From positions 992,001-1,056,000 of the forward strand of contig CM082592.2 in NCBI GenBank assembly GCA_040954595.2: a stretch of 64,000 nucleotides of DNA, written 5' to 3'. Origin of the DNA: Balanoglossus misakiensis (taxonomy: Eukaryota; Animalia; Hemichordata). The notes beneath the pieces were generated by a model. That model had not been told where the DNA came from and did not search any database. It saw nothing but the letters and a program-made list of their open reading frames with translations. Both the position numbers and the translations under genes were made by a program. Positions 53,901 through 64,000 of this stretch are shown here, one piece after another (position 1 is the first letter of the stretch; each line of letters opens with the position of its first letter).

Positions 53901-56900
53901 GAAACACGCGTACATTGACCACGATGATCAAGTCAGATCTCCTACGGCCTTGCTCGACTAAAACCCCGGCACACCATGACAGACACTAGCGTTCGTTAGC
54001 AACGGTGATCAAGTCGGATTTCCTTCGGCCTGGCTCTGCAAAAGACCCGACACTCTAGTACAAAGACGTTGGCTAAGTCGGGCAAACCGAAGAGGGAAAG
54101 TTACAGCGGGTCAACACTCGACATTTGTTCGGGTAGGACTGCATTATTGCCTGTCAATTTATAGAGGAAGCCCGAATTTAACCAGGGCGTTTCAAACACC
54201 GACGCTAGTAGGGGGCACGGCCTGCAGTACTGCCGGGTAAGCTGACATCGGCGTACCGCATATAATGTAAGGGGGGGGGGGGGGGCAACGGAACGGTTCA
54301 ATACTACATTTATTAGATATCAGCTAATTTTATACAATCATCTAAAATCTAAATCATTTTTTCATATTTGGATATCTGATGATGTAGGAAATTTCCATTA
54401 TATGTAAAAATGGTGCTGATTATAAAAAATGCACTCTGAATGAGCTGATTTAATACAAAATTGCGTTTTATTCGTTTTTGCACCAAAAAGGTAATTTTTA
54501 GGCAAAACATTCTTTATTTTTTTAATTCGGTGACCTGATCATATATAAACAATTGCTTGTATGTTAAAAGTTTTTATGACTTTTAAAAGCAGTGACACTG
54601 GCGGCATTCAACACGAAAATAACAATTTTAGCCACAATTTGGTCAAAATGGTAAATTTTTGAAAATTATAAAAAATACCTGTTTTCTACATTTTCGGAAA
54701 TCTGATGGAGTATAGAATGCTCTTCGTATGTATATATCGATACAAATTCCACAAAAGACCGTCTAATTTGGCTCACTGCAGACAAAATTGCGTTTTACCA
54801 AATTTTCCTTGAAAATGTCATTTTTAGAAAAAAAAATAAAAAAACCTTTGTTCTTCGAATTTGGTGCCCTGATCATATATGACATGTTGATTGTATGTTA
54901 AAACTTTCGACCACTCCAAAACTGCAGAGATATTGACGGAATTCAAGAAAAAATAGCCATTTTGGCCATATTTTGACAAAAATGGTAAATTTTTAAAAAA
55001 TCATAAAAAATTAACTCTTTTCTTCATTTTCGGAAATATTATGGAGCATGAAGTGTCGTTCTCTTGTAAAAAGTGCTGCAAATTCCAGAAAAGGCGGTAT
55101 AATTTCAATCACCCAAGACAAAATTACCATTTTCGACTTTTTTTCGAAAAATTTTCTTTTTTACAAAATAAATAAGAATACATTCTTTTCTTAGTTTCAA
55201 ACGGGTAGAGATACTTTCCACACGGGTTTTCTAACATTGAATTCCCGTTCATCAACTCAGATTTCCTACAGCATAAGTCGGCTAAAACCCTGACACTCTA
55301 AAGCAGAAACAGTTGCACACTGGTAACGGTGAACATGTCGATTTTTCTACGGCCTGGCTCGGCTTAATCTCCGTCACAATATGACAGACACTAGCGTACG
55401 TTAGCAACGGTGATCAAGTCAGATTTTCTACGGCATGGCTTGGATAAAGCCCCGGCACTCTAGAGCAGAAACACGCGTACAGAGACCACGGTGATCAAGT
55501 CTGATCACCTACGGCTTGGCTCGACTAAAAGCCCGGCACACTATGACAGACACTAGCGTTCGTTAGCAACGTTGATCAAGTGAGATTTCCTACGGCATGG
55601 CTTGGCTAAAGCCCTGGCACTCTAGAGCAGAAACACGCGTACAGAGACCACGTTGATCTACTCACATTTCCTTCGGCCTGGCACGGCTGATGCCCCGGCA
55701 CTATATATAGGACACAGACTGGCGTAAGTTAACAACGGTAATCACGTCGGGTTTCCTACGACCTGGCTCAGCTGAAGCCCCGGCACTCTAGAGCAGAAAC
55801 AGGCGTACATTGACCACGTTGATAAAGTCAGATTTCCTACGGCGTGACTCGGCTGGTGCACCGGCTCTATATGACACAGACTGGCGTAAGTTATCAACGG
55901 TGATTACGTCGGATTTCCTACGGCCTGGTTTAGCTGAAGCCCCGGCACTTTAGAGCGGAAACACGCGTACATTGACCACGATGATCCAGTCAGATCTCCT
56001 ACGGCCTGGCTCGACTAAAACCCCGGCACACCATGACAGACACTAGCGTTCGTTAGCAACGGTGATCAAGTCGGATTTCCTTCGGCCTGGCTCTGCAAAA
56101 GACCCGACACTCTAGTACAAAGACGTTGGCTAAGTCGGGCAAACCGAAGAGGGAAAGTCACAGCGGCATTCGACATTTGTTCGGGTAGGACTGCATTATT
56201 GCCTGTCAATTTATAGAGAAAGCCCGAATTTAACCAGGGCGTTTCAAACACCGACGTTAGTTGGGGGCACGGCCTGCAGTACTGCCGGGTAAGCTGACAT
56301 CGGCGTACCGCATATAATGTAAGGGGGGGGGGGGGGGGAAACGGAACAGTTCAATACTACATTTATTAGATATCAGCTAATTTTGGACAATCATCTAAAA
56401 TCTAAATCATTTTTTCATATTTGGATATCTGATGATGTAGGAAATTTCCATTATATGTAAAAATGGTACTGATTATAAAAAATGCACTCTGAATGAGCTG
56501 ATTTAATACAAAATTGCGTTTTATTCGTTTTTGCACCAAAAAGGTCATTTTTAGGCAAAACATTCTTTATTTTTTTTAATTCGGTGACCTGATCATATAT
56601 AAAGAATTGCTTGTATGTTAAAAGTTTTTATGACTTTTAAAAGCAGTGACACTGGCGGCATTCAATACGAAAATAACAATTTTGTCGAAATGGTAAATTT
56701 TTGAAAATTACAAAAAATACCTGTTTTCTACATTTTCGGAAATCTGATGGAGTATAGAATGCTCTTCGTATGTATATATCGATACAAATTCCACAAAAGA
56801 CCGTCTAATTTGGCTCACTGCAGACAAAATTGCGTTTTACCAAATTTTCCTTGAAAATGTCATTTTTAGAAGAAAAAGAACTAAAAAAACCTTTGTTCTT

Positions 56901-56973
56901 CGAATTTGGTGCCCTGATCATATATGACATGTTGATTGTATGTTAAAACTTTCGACCACTCCAAAAATGCAGA

Positions 56974-57800
56974 TAGTCCGTGGGCTGGAGGGGTCCACCG
57001 AGCACCCCCTCTCCCCATAAACCTACCACTTGGGTATTTTTTTGTTCTTTAGAACGTGCTGAACAGGAAAAAAAGATGTTAACATTGAATATTTTGGGTT
57101 GCACTACCCCTCCGGGGTGGTTTTTGAAAGGTATGTGCCGCTCAAAATGGCGAAAAATGGGTTGGGGTAGGGGGTACTATATTCTCTCCTAAAAAAATAA
57201 AACTACCATGAAATTACATAAACCTTATATTTTTAGAAAGCTTAGATACTGCTCTTTACGGGAAGCACAAACTTTATTAAACAATATTTATGAATATTTA
57301 ATTAGATGATTTTTAAATTAATTTTTTCGGCAATTTTGAAAGTTTTCACTCAAAAGACAATGTTACAATTGTGATTTTCTTTTTGTGAAGCAAATTTTTG
57401 ACAACTTTTTAGGTTTGGATTATTTAATTCTATATATTAAACAAGAAAACAAATGTTAACATTAGTTATTTAACAATACAATACTTCTTTAGAGACAACT
57501 TTGAAATGCATGTATCCTATGGGATTACGCATGGTCTTGGGGTAGGGGTACTATATCCTCTCCTACAACAATAAAGCTAGCTTCAAAGTACATAAACCTT
57601 ATATTTTTAGAAAGCTTAGACACTGCTCTTTACGGGAAGTGCAAATAGGAGTAAAATTAATGTTTGACTATTTAATTATATGATTTTTAAATTATTTTCT
57701 TCGGCAATTTTGAAAATATTCACCCCAAAGACAAAGCAACCATTGTGATTTTTCTTTTTGTGAAGCAAATTTTTGACAACTTTTTAGGTTTGGATTATTT
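56974..57800. repeat. Unclassified element end carrying a diverged ~375-bp internal tandem duplication (possible DNA-transposon subterminal region)
   Basis: TTGGGGTAGGGG(G)TACTATAT occurs at 57162 and 57537. TACATAAACCTTATATTTTTAGAAAGCTTAGA and GAAGCAAATTTTTGACAACTTTTTAGGTTTGGATTATTT each occur twice. Confidence 0.7.
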
Positions 57801-58593
57801 GTTTTATTGTCATAAACTAGACAAAACATCTCTACAACTCAAAAGAAAACAAAATGTTCAAGTACAGAATTTTTTGAAAATATTCCAGTACCTGTAGTGT
57901 GTGTGATTCTCCATTGCCTTTGCTTGGTAAGTATCAATTTTTTGTATATTATTGAGGTAAGATAAAAATGTGCGAAGGTTTGGCAATACTGGCTTAAATT
58001 TATATTTAAAGATAAAATTCTTTGAAAATAATATAAAGTAATTCAGGACTAACCACTCATCGTTTGTGTGGTTACTTTGAAAATTCTATTTTATACCCAC
58101 CAAAACATCAAAAGGGGACAGCTCAATGGCAATATTACACTTTGTCTGTAATTGCAACTCTACATCCTTCCAAAAAGACAAAATACAGTCGCATTCGAAA
58201 AATAAATGTATAAGGATTTCCTCATAATTTTCACAGAAGGTGCATTTCACAGAATCGCATTTTCCCCCTTATCTTTAAAAATGTATTTGTAGTACAGATT
58301 CTACTAGCAATTCTGAATTGAAAATTACGCAAAGTAGAATCCTTTGTTACAATAAATGGTAAAGCATAGTGTAATTGCGAATCAAAATTCCCGAAGAGGT
58401 CTTTCCATTTTTGCGTACATCTCATCGGTTTAAGATTATTCTTCAAAAATAACTTATTATAAGTAAAATAGAGTAGGTTTTTTTCAGGATCTATTTGTGT
58501 AATACATGTTTGGGTGGTCATTATTTACAGAGCCTTGTTGCTGAATCTTTCTGAACCGTGATCTTGGAATAGCGTTGATTAAACCCATATGAA
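57801..58593 (-). pseudogene. Decayed 3' fragment of a third L1/Tx1-type LINE (ORF2 C-terminus and 3' UTR)
   Basis: The minus strand encodes LINAIP, then TKDSTLRNFQFRIASRICTTN, then after a frameshift KCTFCENYEEILIHLFFEC..LSFW (L1-type zinc finger). AATAAA lies on the minus strand at 57803-57808. Confidence 0.85.
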
Positions 58594-59293
58594 TGTGGCC
58601 AGGTATTACTTGCATTGGATAAGTTCAGTGTTAAATTTCCCAACAAAATCATATTCTACATTATTGTTCATTGTGTTCAATCTTTGATATTGCATGCATT
58701 ACATTGTTTGACTACTTCAGCGGGCCGCCCCCTAGTGTCAGGGAAAGTCCTCAAACTTGACCTTTGACACATGGGTGTCTAACATGGCCGCTGTTTGTGT
58801 TTTACTATAGGTAAGCACTCTCTTCGTAATCATCTATTTTCCGAGTCGTAACCGAGCAATCCATTCTTGAGATATGCATCAATGAGCAGTTCGAGAACTG
58901 GCGATAGCTGTTGTTGAGTTGATGTTGATGATTTGAGACGATTGAGCAGTTATTTGTGAAGTTGAAAAGTTGTGTATTTTGATATTGTACTTTCCTTTGA
59001 CACATGGGTGTCTAACATGGCCGCTGTTTGTGTTTTACTATAGAGAGAAATAAAGGCACCGAGATCGCTCTGTGCGGCACCTCCGGTTACCAACGTTCCT
59101 AAGATAACTACGGCGGTCGGCGTTTGTTGTTGTTGTCGTGCTGCCGACGAGTGCGACGTGTCTCGCGGGGCCCCTAGTCCACGGCCCCCTTCCCGCCTGC
59201 AATCCGCACCGGGGAGCAGTCACGTGCGCACGCCCACCCGGCAGCCGCAGCCCCGTGTTGTAGCCTGCGAGCGCCCCGATCCACACCGCCACA
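58594..59293 (+). repeat. Gypsy 5' LTR (700 bp)
   Basis: Terminal inverted repeat TGTGGC...GCCACA, ending 1 nt before the PBS. AATAAA at 59049-59054. LINE-like coding sequence stops at the inferred left edge. The 3' LTR is outside the window, so the left boundary is inferred. Confidence 0.75.
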
Positions 59294-59294
59294 C

Positions 59295-59312
59295 TGGTGA
59301 CCCCGACGTGAT
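59295..59312 (+). promoter_or_regulatory. Primer binding site complementary to tRNA-Trp
   Basis: TGGTGACCCCGACGTGAT is the exact 18-nt complement of the animal tRNA-Trp 3' end ATCACGTCGGGGTCACCA. Confidence 0.92.
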
Positions 59313-59773
59313 GGTAACTATTATATGGTGTATACGGAGTGATTGGTGCGAGTGAAGACGAAGAGTACAGTGTGCCTAGCAGTGAAGAAATACAGCGAAG
59401 CCTTGTACCAGGTATAGAAGTGTATTGGAAGTTCGAGCCCAGTTGGCTTGGCAGTATAGTACAGTGAGCGAGAGACTGTTGCTATAGCGACCAGCCAATA
59501 CTGTGGAGCGCCCTCACACGGTAAACTACAGGACACTACTGTTTTTATACATCAGCTGTGTTTACCACTGAAGAGATTGGGCAGTGAATTATTCGAGATA
59601 TAGACTTTGAACTTTTTGTATATACAACTTTCTTCGAACACTTCAAGAAGTTCCAGAGACATTTCCAGAGAGATTTTTCAACGAGAACTGAACTGTTCCA
59701 TATTTCCGGACCAGTCCATTATATTTTTATTGACATTCTGAACAAGTGCAAGGAAAGACATTTATTCAGCATA

Positions 59774-61511
59774 ATGGCCCAAAACACATTACATGGTACA
59801 CCCATGGGCCAGCCACAACAACATAGATTTGAAACACCTGCTGCAAAGGTAGGCAACCAGCCAGCCGCCCGAGCAATTGATCCAGGTGAGCGCCAGCCAC
59901 CTACTGGCAAAACAAACTACAGCATTTCCACACCCTCAACTGGCAGACCACAAACTACACAACAACCACAGGGGAAAGCACTGATGTATGAACATCCCCC
60001 AGATACAGTTTCAAATATAACGAGACGTCCGTTCACATCAACCCCTAAAGTTCAGAGCACACAGTTGGAAACACAAAGCGATTCTACCCATCATGCCGTT
60101 GTGATTCAGCCTAATCAACAGTTACAACACATGGGTGGTGGCGTAGATGTTCCAGTGCACAACCCAACTGTGTTACCCAATCAGCCACAACAGCCAGCAG
60201 TAGCCAGTGGTGCTTATAGCCAGGTTGGTGGTCCAGTTGTGAGTAATGCAGTCAGTCGACCATACCCACAATACAGTGCTACAGGAAACCAAAGTAACAT
60301 TTTACGAGTCAATGAACAACACACAAGTGTGACGGGTACTCAACCCCCACATGGTAACTTTTCCACACCACCCCAGCAGCAGTATGTGGTCATGCCCAAC
60401 TACAACAGTCCGTCAACAAATCCCCAATATCAGCCAGGTCAACCAATACCCATTACAGGGTGGGCATGTGGCCGGTGGTGTCCACTCCCCCACGCACACA
60501 GTGTACCAATCCCCCACAATGCAGACAGTGTACCAGCCTACTACACTACCCAGCCAACAGTTTAACATGGTGTCATCACATCAGCTGCGCAATGTTCCTA
60601 TTTTTAGTGGAGGTCAGGATTCTAAGCTGTTGATCGAAGACTGGATCCGCGACATGCAGTATCTGTTACATGCTGGTGGAACACCCCTGAATTTACAGTT
60701 CCCCACCATAGTTAGATATTTGAGTGGTGAAGCTAGGAAACTGGTGTTAAACCTGCCTGTCATGGAGCAACTACCAGATAGAGCATTTGAAGAATTGAGA
60801 GCAGAGTACGGTGATTTCCAGATGTCTCTAGATGCAATGGCGACATTTTATGAACGCTGTCAAAGGCCACATGAAAGTGCTCGCTCATATGCAATCGCCT
60901 TGGAAGATATTCTGCGTACCATAGAAGAAAAACAAAATGGTGGGCATGCTTTTCAAGATAGAGACTATAAACTTACACAGCAATTCATGCGGGGATTGCA
61001 AGACAGCGTGGTTTACCAGCGTCTCGCTCCCATGAAGCCTCGTGATATGGGTTTCAAAGCATTGAAGGAAGAACTGAGATATATGGCACGTGAGAATAAG
61101 AAAGAAGCAGGATTTTTGGAGAAAACCAGGAGAGTACAAAATCAGCCACAATACTCTCTTGGGGCTCTATCCAACCAGCCCAAAGAACAGAAACATACTA
61201 GTAGAGAGAGAAGTACTGAGATGACAGAACTGACAGAGATGGTGAAGTGAATAGCAGTTAATCAGGATGAATGTGGAAAGAGGATGTTATTGATGGAGCA
61301 GAGGATGGGGCAAAGCGTGCCAGGTAAAGACAGAGGTCAAAGGTCACACGAGACAGACCGGCCACCTACCTTCAGGCAGCCCCGTCGCCGTAGTGATAGA
61401 CCTATCAGATGTTTTGTATGCGGACAGGAGGGCCACTACGCTAAAGGCTGCGCCTCCAGTCCAGTGGGAAGCGATGATACAAGAACAGGACCGGCTCCTT
61501 TAAACGATTAG
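59774..61511 (+). pseudogene. Gypsy gag (Pro/Gln-rich N-terminus, capsid-like domain, CCHC knuckle) with a frameshift near 60440 and an in-frame TGA at 61248-61250
   Basis: Capsid-like segment PIFSGG..IEDWIRDM..YLSGEA..FYERCQRPHESARSYAIALE..QFMRGL and knuckle CFVCGQEGHYAKGC. The ORFs starting at 60351 and 61284 share a frame. Confidence 0.85.
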
Positions 61512-61561
61512 GGCCCATGGCAGAAGGGCAAGCCATGGGCTGCAACAGTAAGGACAGCCCT
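61499..61561 (+). promoter_or_regulatory. -1 programmed ribosomal frameshift signal at the gag/pol junction
   Basis: The slippery heptamer T-TTA-AAC (61499-61505) is in the gag frame. A 7-nt spacer leads to a perfect 9-bp stem, GCCCATGGC (61513-61521) with GCCATGGGC (61532-61540). The pol ORF is in the -1 frame. Confidence 0.85.
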
Positions 61562-64000
61562 GATAAAGTACTGAATGCATCAAAACCTAGACGTGAAGGC
61601 CAGACCAGTGCAGTTGGTGGACACACATCGGAGACACGGCCCGATTTCACCGCGCCACATCAGCAGTTGGTTGGTCCAACAAATGAGGACACTGTACGAG
61701 TAAATGGTGTATCATGTGTTGCACTAGTGGACACTGGATCCATGGTCACAACAGTTACTGAGACTTTTGTAGGACGGCACCCTGAACTGCGTCATCAAAG
61801 GTTTGAACCCAGTAATGTTGAAATTGAAGGATCAGGTGGAAATAGTGTCCCACAGCTATCTCCTTCCTAGGACACACGTACGAGGGAGTTCCCGCATTTG
61901 TAGTACCAGTGGATGATTACAGGAAAAATGTCCCTTTGCTGATAGGAACTAATCTGATCCGAGCCAGTCGAGATGAAGTGAGAGATGAATACGGTAGAAG
62001 CTACATGATGAAGACAAAACGAAAGTCTTCTGCATGGTATGGCGCTTTTACGAAGATGGGAAAGAATGATTTCGGTGGAAGAAGAGGCAGAGTTGGGTAT
62101 GCCAAGTTCAAAGGTCGATCACCACGGACAATTGGCCCTGGACGTGAGATGCATATCAGTTGTAAGGTGCCTAGGGGACCCAATGGTGGAGATTACACAG
62201 CTGTGGTAGAAGGGCCAGAAAACAGAGACCTGCCTAGTGGACTTATGGTAGGGAGAACCCTGTCAAACGTACAAGATGGCCACGTCACAGTTCGAGTTTG
62301 TAACATCTCTACTAAACCGGTAGTAGTCAGACCCAACACTGTACTTGGCGAAGTGTTTGTTGGTGGAAGGGTGATAGACACTGTGTCCTCTAGCCTGATG
62401 TCAGAAGGTGACAAGGACAAATCGTCCCCCTCGGAGAGAGGAAGACCGACTAACCGCCAGGGTGGTGTTGATGGGAAACGAGCTAGTAGAAATAGACGGC
62501 AGGATGTTTCTGAAATACGCGTCCGGTGCTATCATCAACGAGTAGTAGCAGCGAAGCAAGATTTCCCTCGAGTTGACCTGTCGCAGTCAGTGATCCAGAG
62601 TAAAGACGAACTTAAGCAACTACAGGAATTGCTCTACCGAAACAGAGATGTCTTCTCACAGCATGATATGGACTACGGGGGGACGTCGACGATTCAACAT
62701 GAGATTCCATCGGTAGATGACAGACCAGTTCGACTACCGCATCGTAAGATAATCCCTGCAAATTATCAGGAGGTTCGAAAGACTATCAAAAAGATGGAAG
62801 AGTCTGGAGCAATTCAACCGAGCCAGTCACCCTATGCCAGCCCTATAGTAGTTGTCCGGAAAAAGGACCACAGCATGAGGATATGCGTCGACTACCGTCA
62901 ACTGAACTCTCGCACTATTAGAGATTCTTACCCGCTTCCGAGGATCGAAGAAGCGCTTGAGGCCTTGGGCAATGCGAAGTTCTTCTCGTCGCTAGACTTG
63001 ACCTCAGGTTACTGGCAAGTGGAGGTAGCTGAAAAGGATCGCCACAAGACTGCGTTCACAACACTGATGGGCTTGTATGAGTGTAACCGCATGCCTTTTG
63101 GTCTCCAGAATGCGCCCGCGACCTTCCAGAGACTTATGATGTGTTGTTTTGGAGATCAGAACTTTGAGACTGTATTGATTTATTTGGACGATATTATAGT
63201 TTTCTCGAAGACTTTCAAGGAGCACCTGCAGAGACTCCAGATTGTGTTTGATCGCCTCAGGAAACATGGCCTGAAGTTAAAACCTCAAAAATGCCATCTT
63301 CTTCGTGAGCGTGTAGGATACCTTGGGCATATTGTTAGTAAAGCCGGGATCGAGACGGACCCAGAGAAGATTACCAAAGTGAGGAACTGGAAACGACCTA
63401 CCAACCCAAAAGAGGTCCTTCAGTTTCTAGGATTTTCTGGATATTATAGACGTTTTATAAAGGGCTATGCCGCCATAGCCGCTCCGTTGTATAGACTGAC
63501 GACGGGAGACCCTCGCAAAAAAGATGGGGAAGAAGACGCCAAAGTGTAAACCCCCACCCTTCGAGTGGACTGATGAGTGTGAATCAGCGTTCAACCTGTT
63601 GAAGGAAAAATTGACCACGACACCAGTCCTTGGATATCCTGACTTCAGCCTGCCATTTGTGCTGCAAACAGATGCATCCATAGATGGGCTTGGAGCGGTC
63701 TTGGCTCAGACCCAAGGAAAAGAGGAGCGTGTTATAGCGTATGGTAGTAGAGGACTGAATCCAGCTGAGACGAGATACCCAGCTCACAAGCTGGAATTCT
63801 TGTGCCTGAAATGGGCGGTTACTGAAAAATTCAGGGACTACCTCTACAGCATGAAATTCACAGTCCTGACGGACAACAACCCACTCAAGTACGTGATGTC
63901 TACTTCGAAGCTTGATGCGACTGGACAGCGTTGGGTGTCGGAGTTGTCGACTTTTGATTTTGAGATAAAGTACAGACCGGGAAAGAGCAATGCCAACGTG
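61499..64000 (+). pseudogene. Gypsy pol (protease, RT, RNase H) with frameshifts near 61855 and 63520; cut by the window end
   Basis: Protease: LVDTGS and PLLIGTN. RT: SPYASP, RICVDYRQLN, LDLTSGYWQ, MPFGLQNAPATFQR, YLDD. After the frameshift, RNase H reads FVLQTDAS..GLGAVL..AHKLEFLCLKWAV..TDNNPL. Confidence 0.92.

Larger units (their letters stand above)
1..56975. repeat. Tandem array of a ~2.05-kb composite macrosatellite (about 20 units, last one truncated), interrupted by three retroelements
   Basis: The landmark CTGGTAACGTTGAA (minor variants) recurs at 1, 2039, 3923, 5964, 8011, 10065, 17431, 24532, 26591, 28484, 30536, 32578, 34634, 36688, 39200, 40995, 43031, 51543, 53425 and 55320. 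Units look nearly identical by eye. Satellite segments are 1-10634, 15654-18448, 23492-44242 and ~50940-56975. The array continues past the left window edge. Confidence 0.98.
58594..64000 (+). mobile_element. Ty3/Gypsy LTR retrotransposon, degenerate, extending beyond the window
   Basis: Order is LTR, tRNA-Trp PBS, gag with CCHC knuckle, protease, RT, RNase H. It interrupts the LINE fragment. Confidence 0.94.

Noticed and set aside
837-56251. Dozens of recurring 60-90 aa ORFs (MNRSVPPP..., MESISTRLK..., MMNGNSML...)
   Set aside because: They are chance frames in the satellite. They shift with homopolymer length, show no recognisable domain, and many use non-ATG starts.
1-56975. Array as an rDNA spacer, 5S, histone or U-snRNA gene cluster
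   Set aside because: I recognised no rRNA, 5S, histone or U1-U6 sequence on either strand. An Rfam scan would be needed to exclude divergent RNAs.
10764-63787. Short antisense or alternate-frame ORFs overlapping the retroelement genes and LTRs (e.g. 12621-12995, 18360-18929, 44162-44554, 50333-50704)
   Set aside because: They are shadow frames of real coding regions or LTR sequence, have no motifs, and several cross insertion junctions.

Overview
Eukaryotic repeat DNA, most likely from an invertebrate animal, with no host protein-coding gene and no recognisable rRNA, tRNA or CRISPR locus. Positions 1-~56975 hold a head-to-tail array of about 20 copies of a ~2.05-kb composite macrosatellite. 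Each unit has three parts: ~11 GC-rich 81-bp monomers alternating A/B (162-bp dimers), a ~250-bp unique segment with a variable poly-G tract nested in inverted repeats, and ~3 degenerate AT-rich ~330-bp subrepeats. Three retroelements interrupt the array: a full-length L1/Tx1-type LINE on the minus strand (10635-15653, 13-bp TSD), a second, 5'-truncated L1/Tx1-type family on the plus strand (18449-23491, 18-19-bp TSD ending in the poly-G), and a BEL/Pao LTR element with an LTR-internal-LTR-internal structure whose right end is deleted (44243-50938). After the array come an unclassified ~375-bp duplicated element, a decayed L1/Tx1 3' fragment, and a Ty3/Gypsy element inserted into that fragment (700-bp LTR, perfect tRNA-Trp PBS, -1 frameshift signal) that runs off the window. 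The main candidate novel system is the hierarchical satellite unit acting as a target for two Tx1-type LINEs that nick at non-canonical sites. All comparisons were made by eye; no database search or alignment was run.
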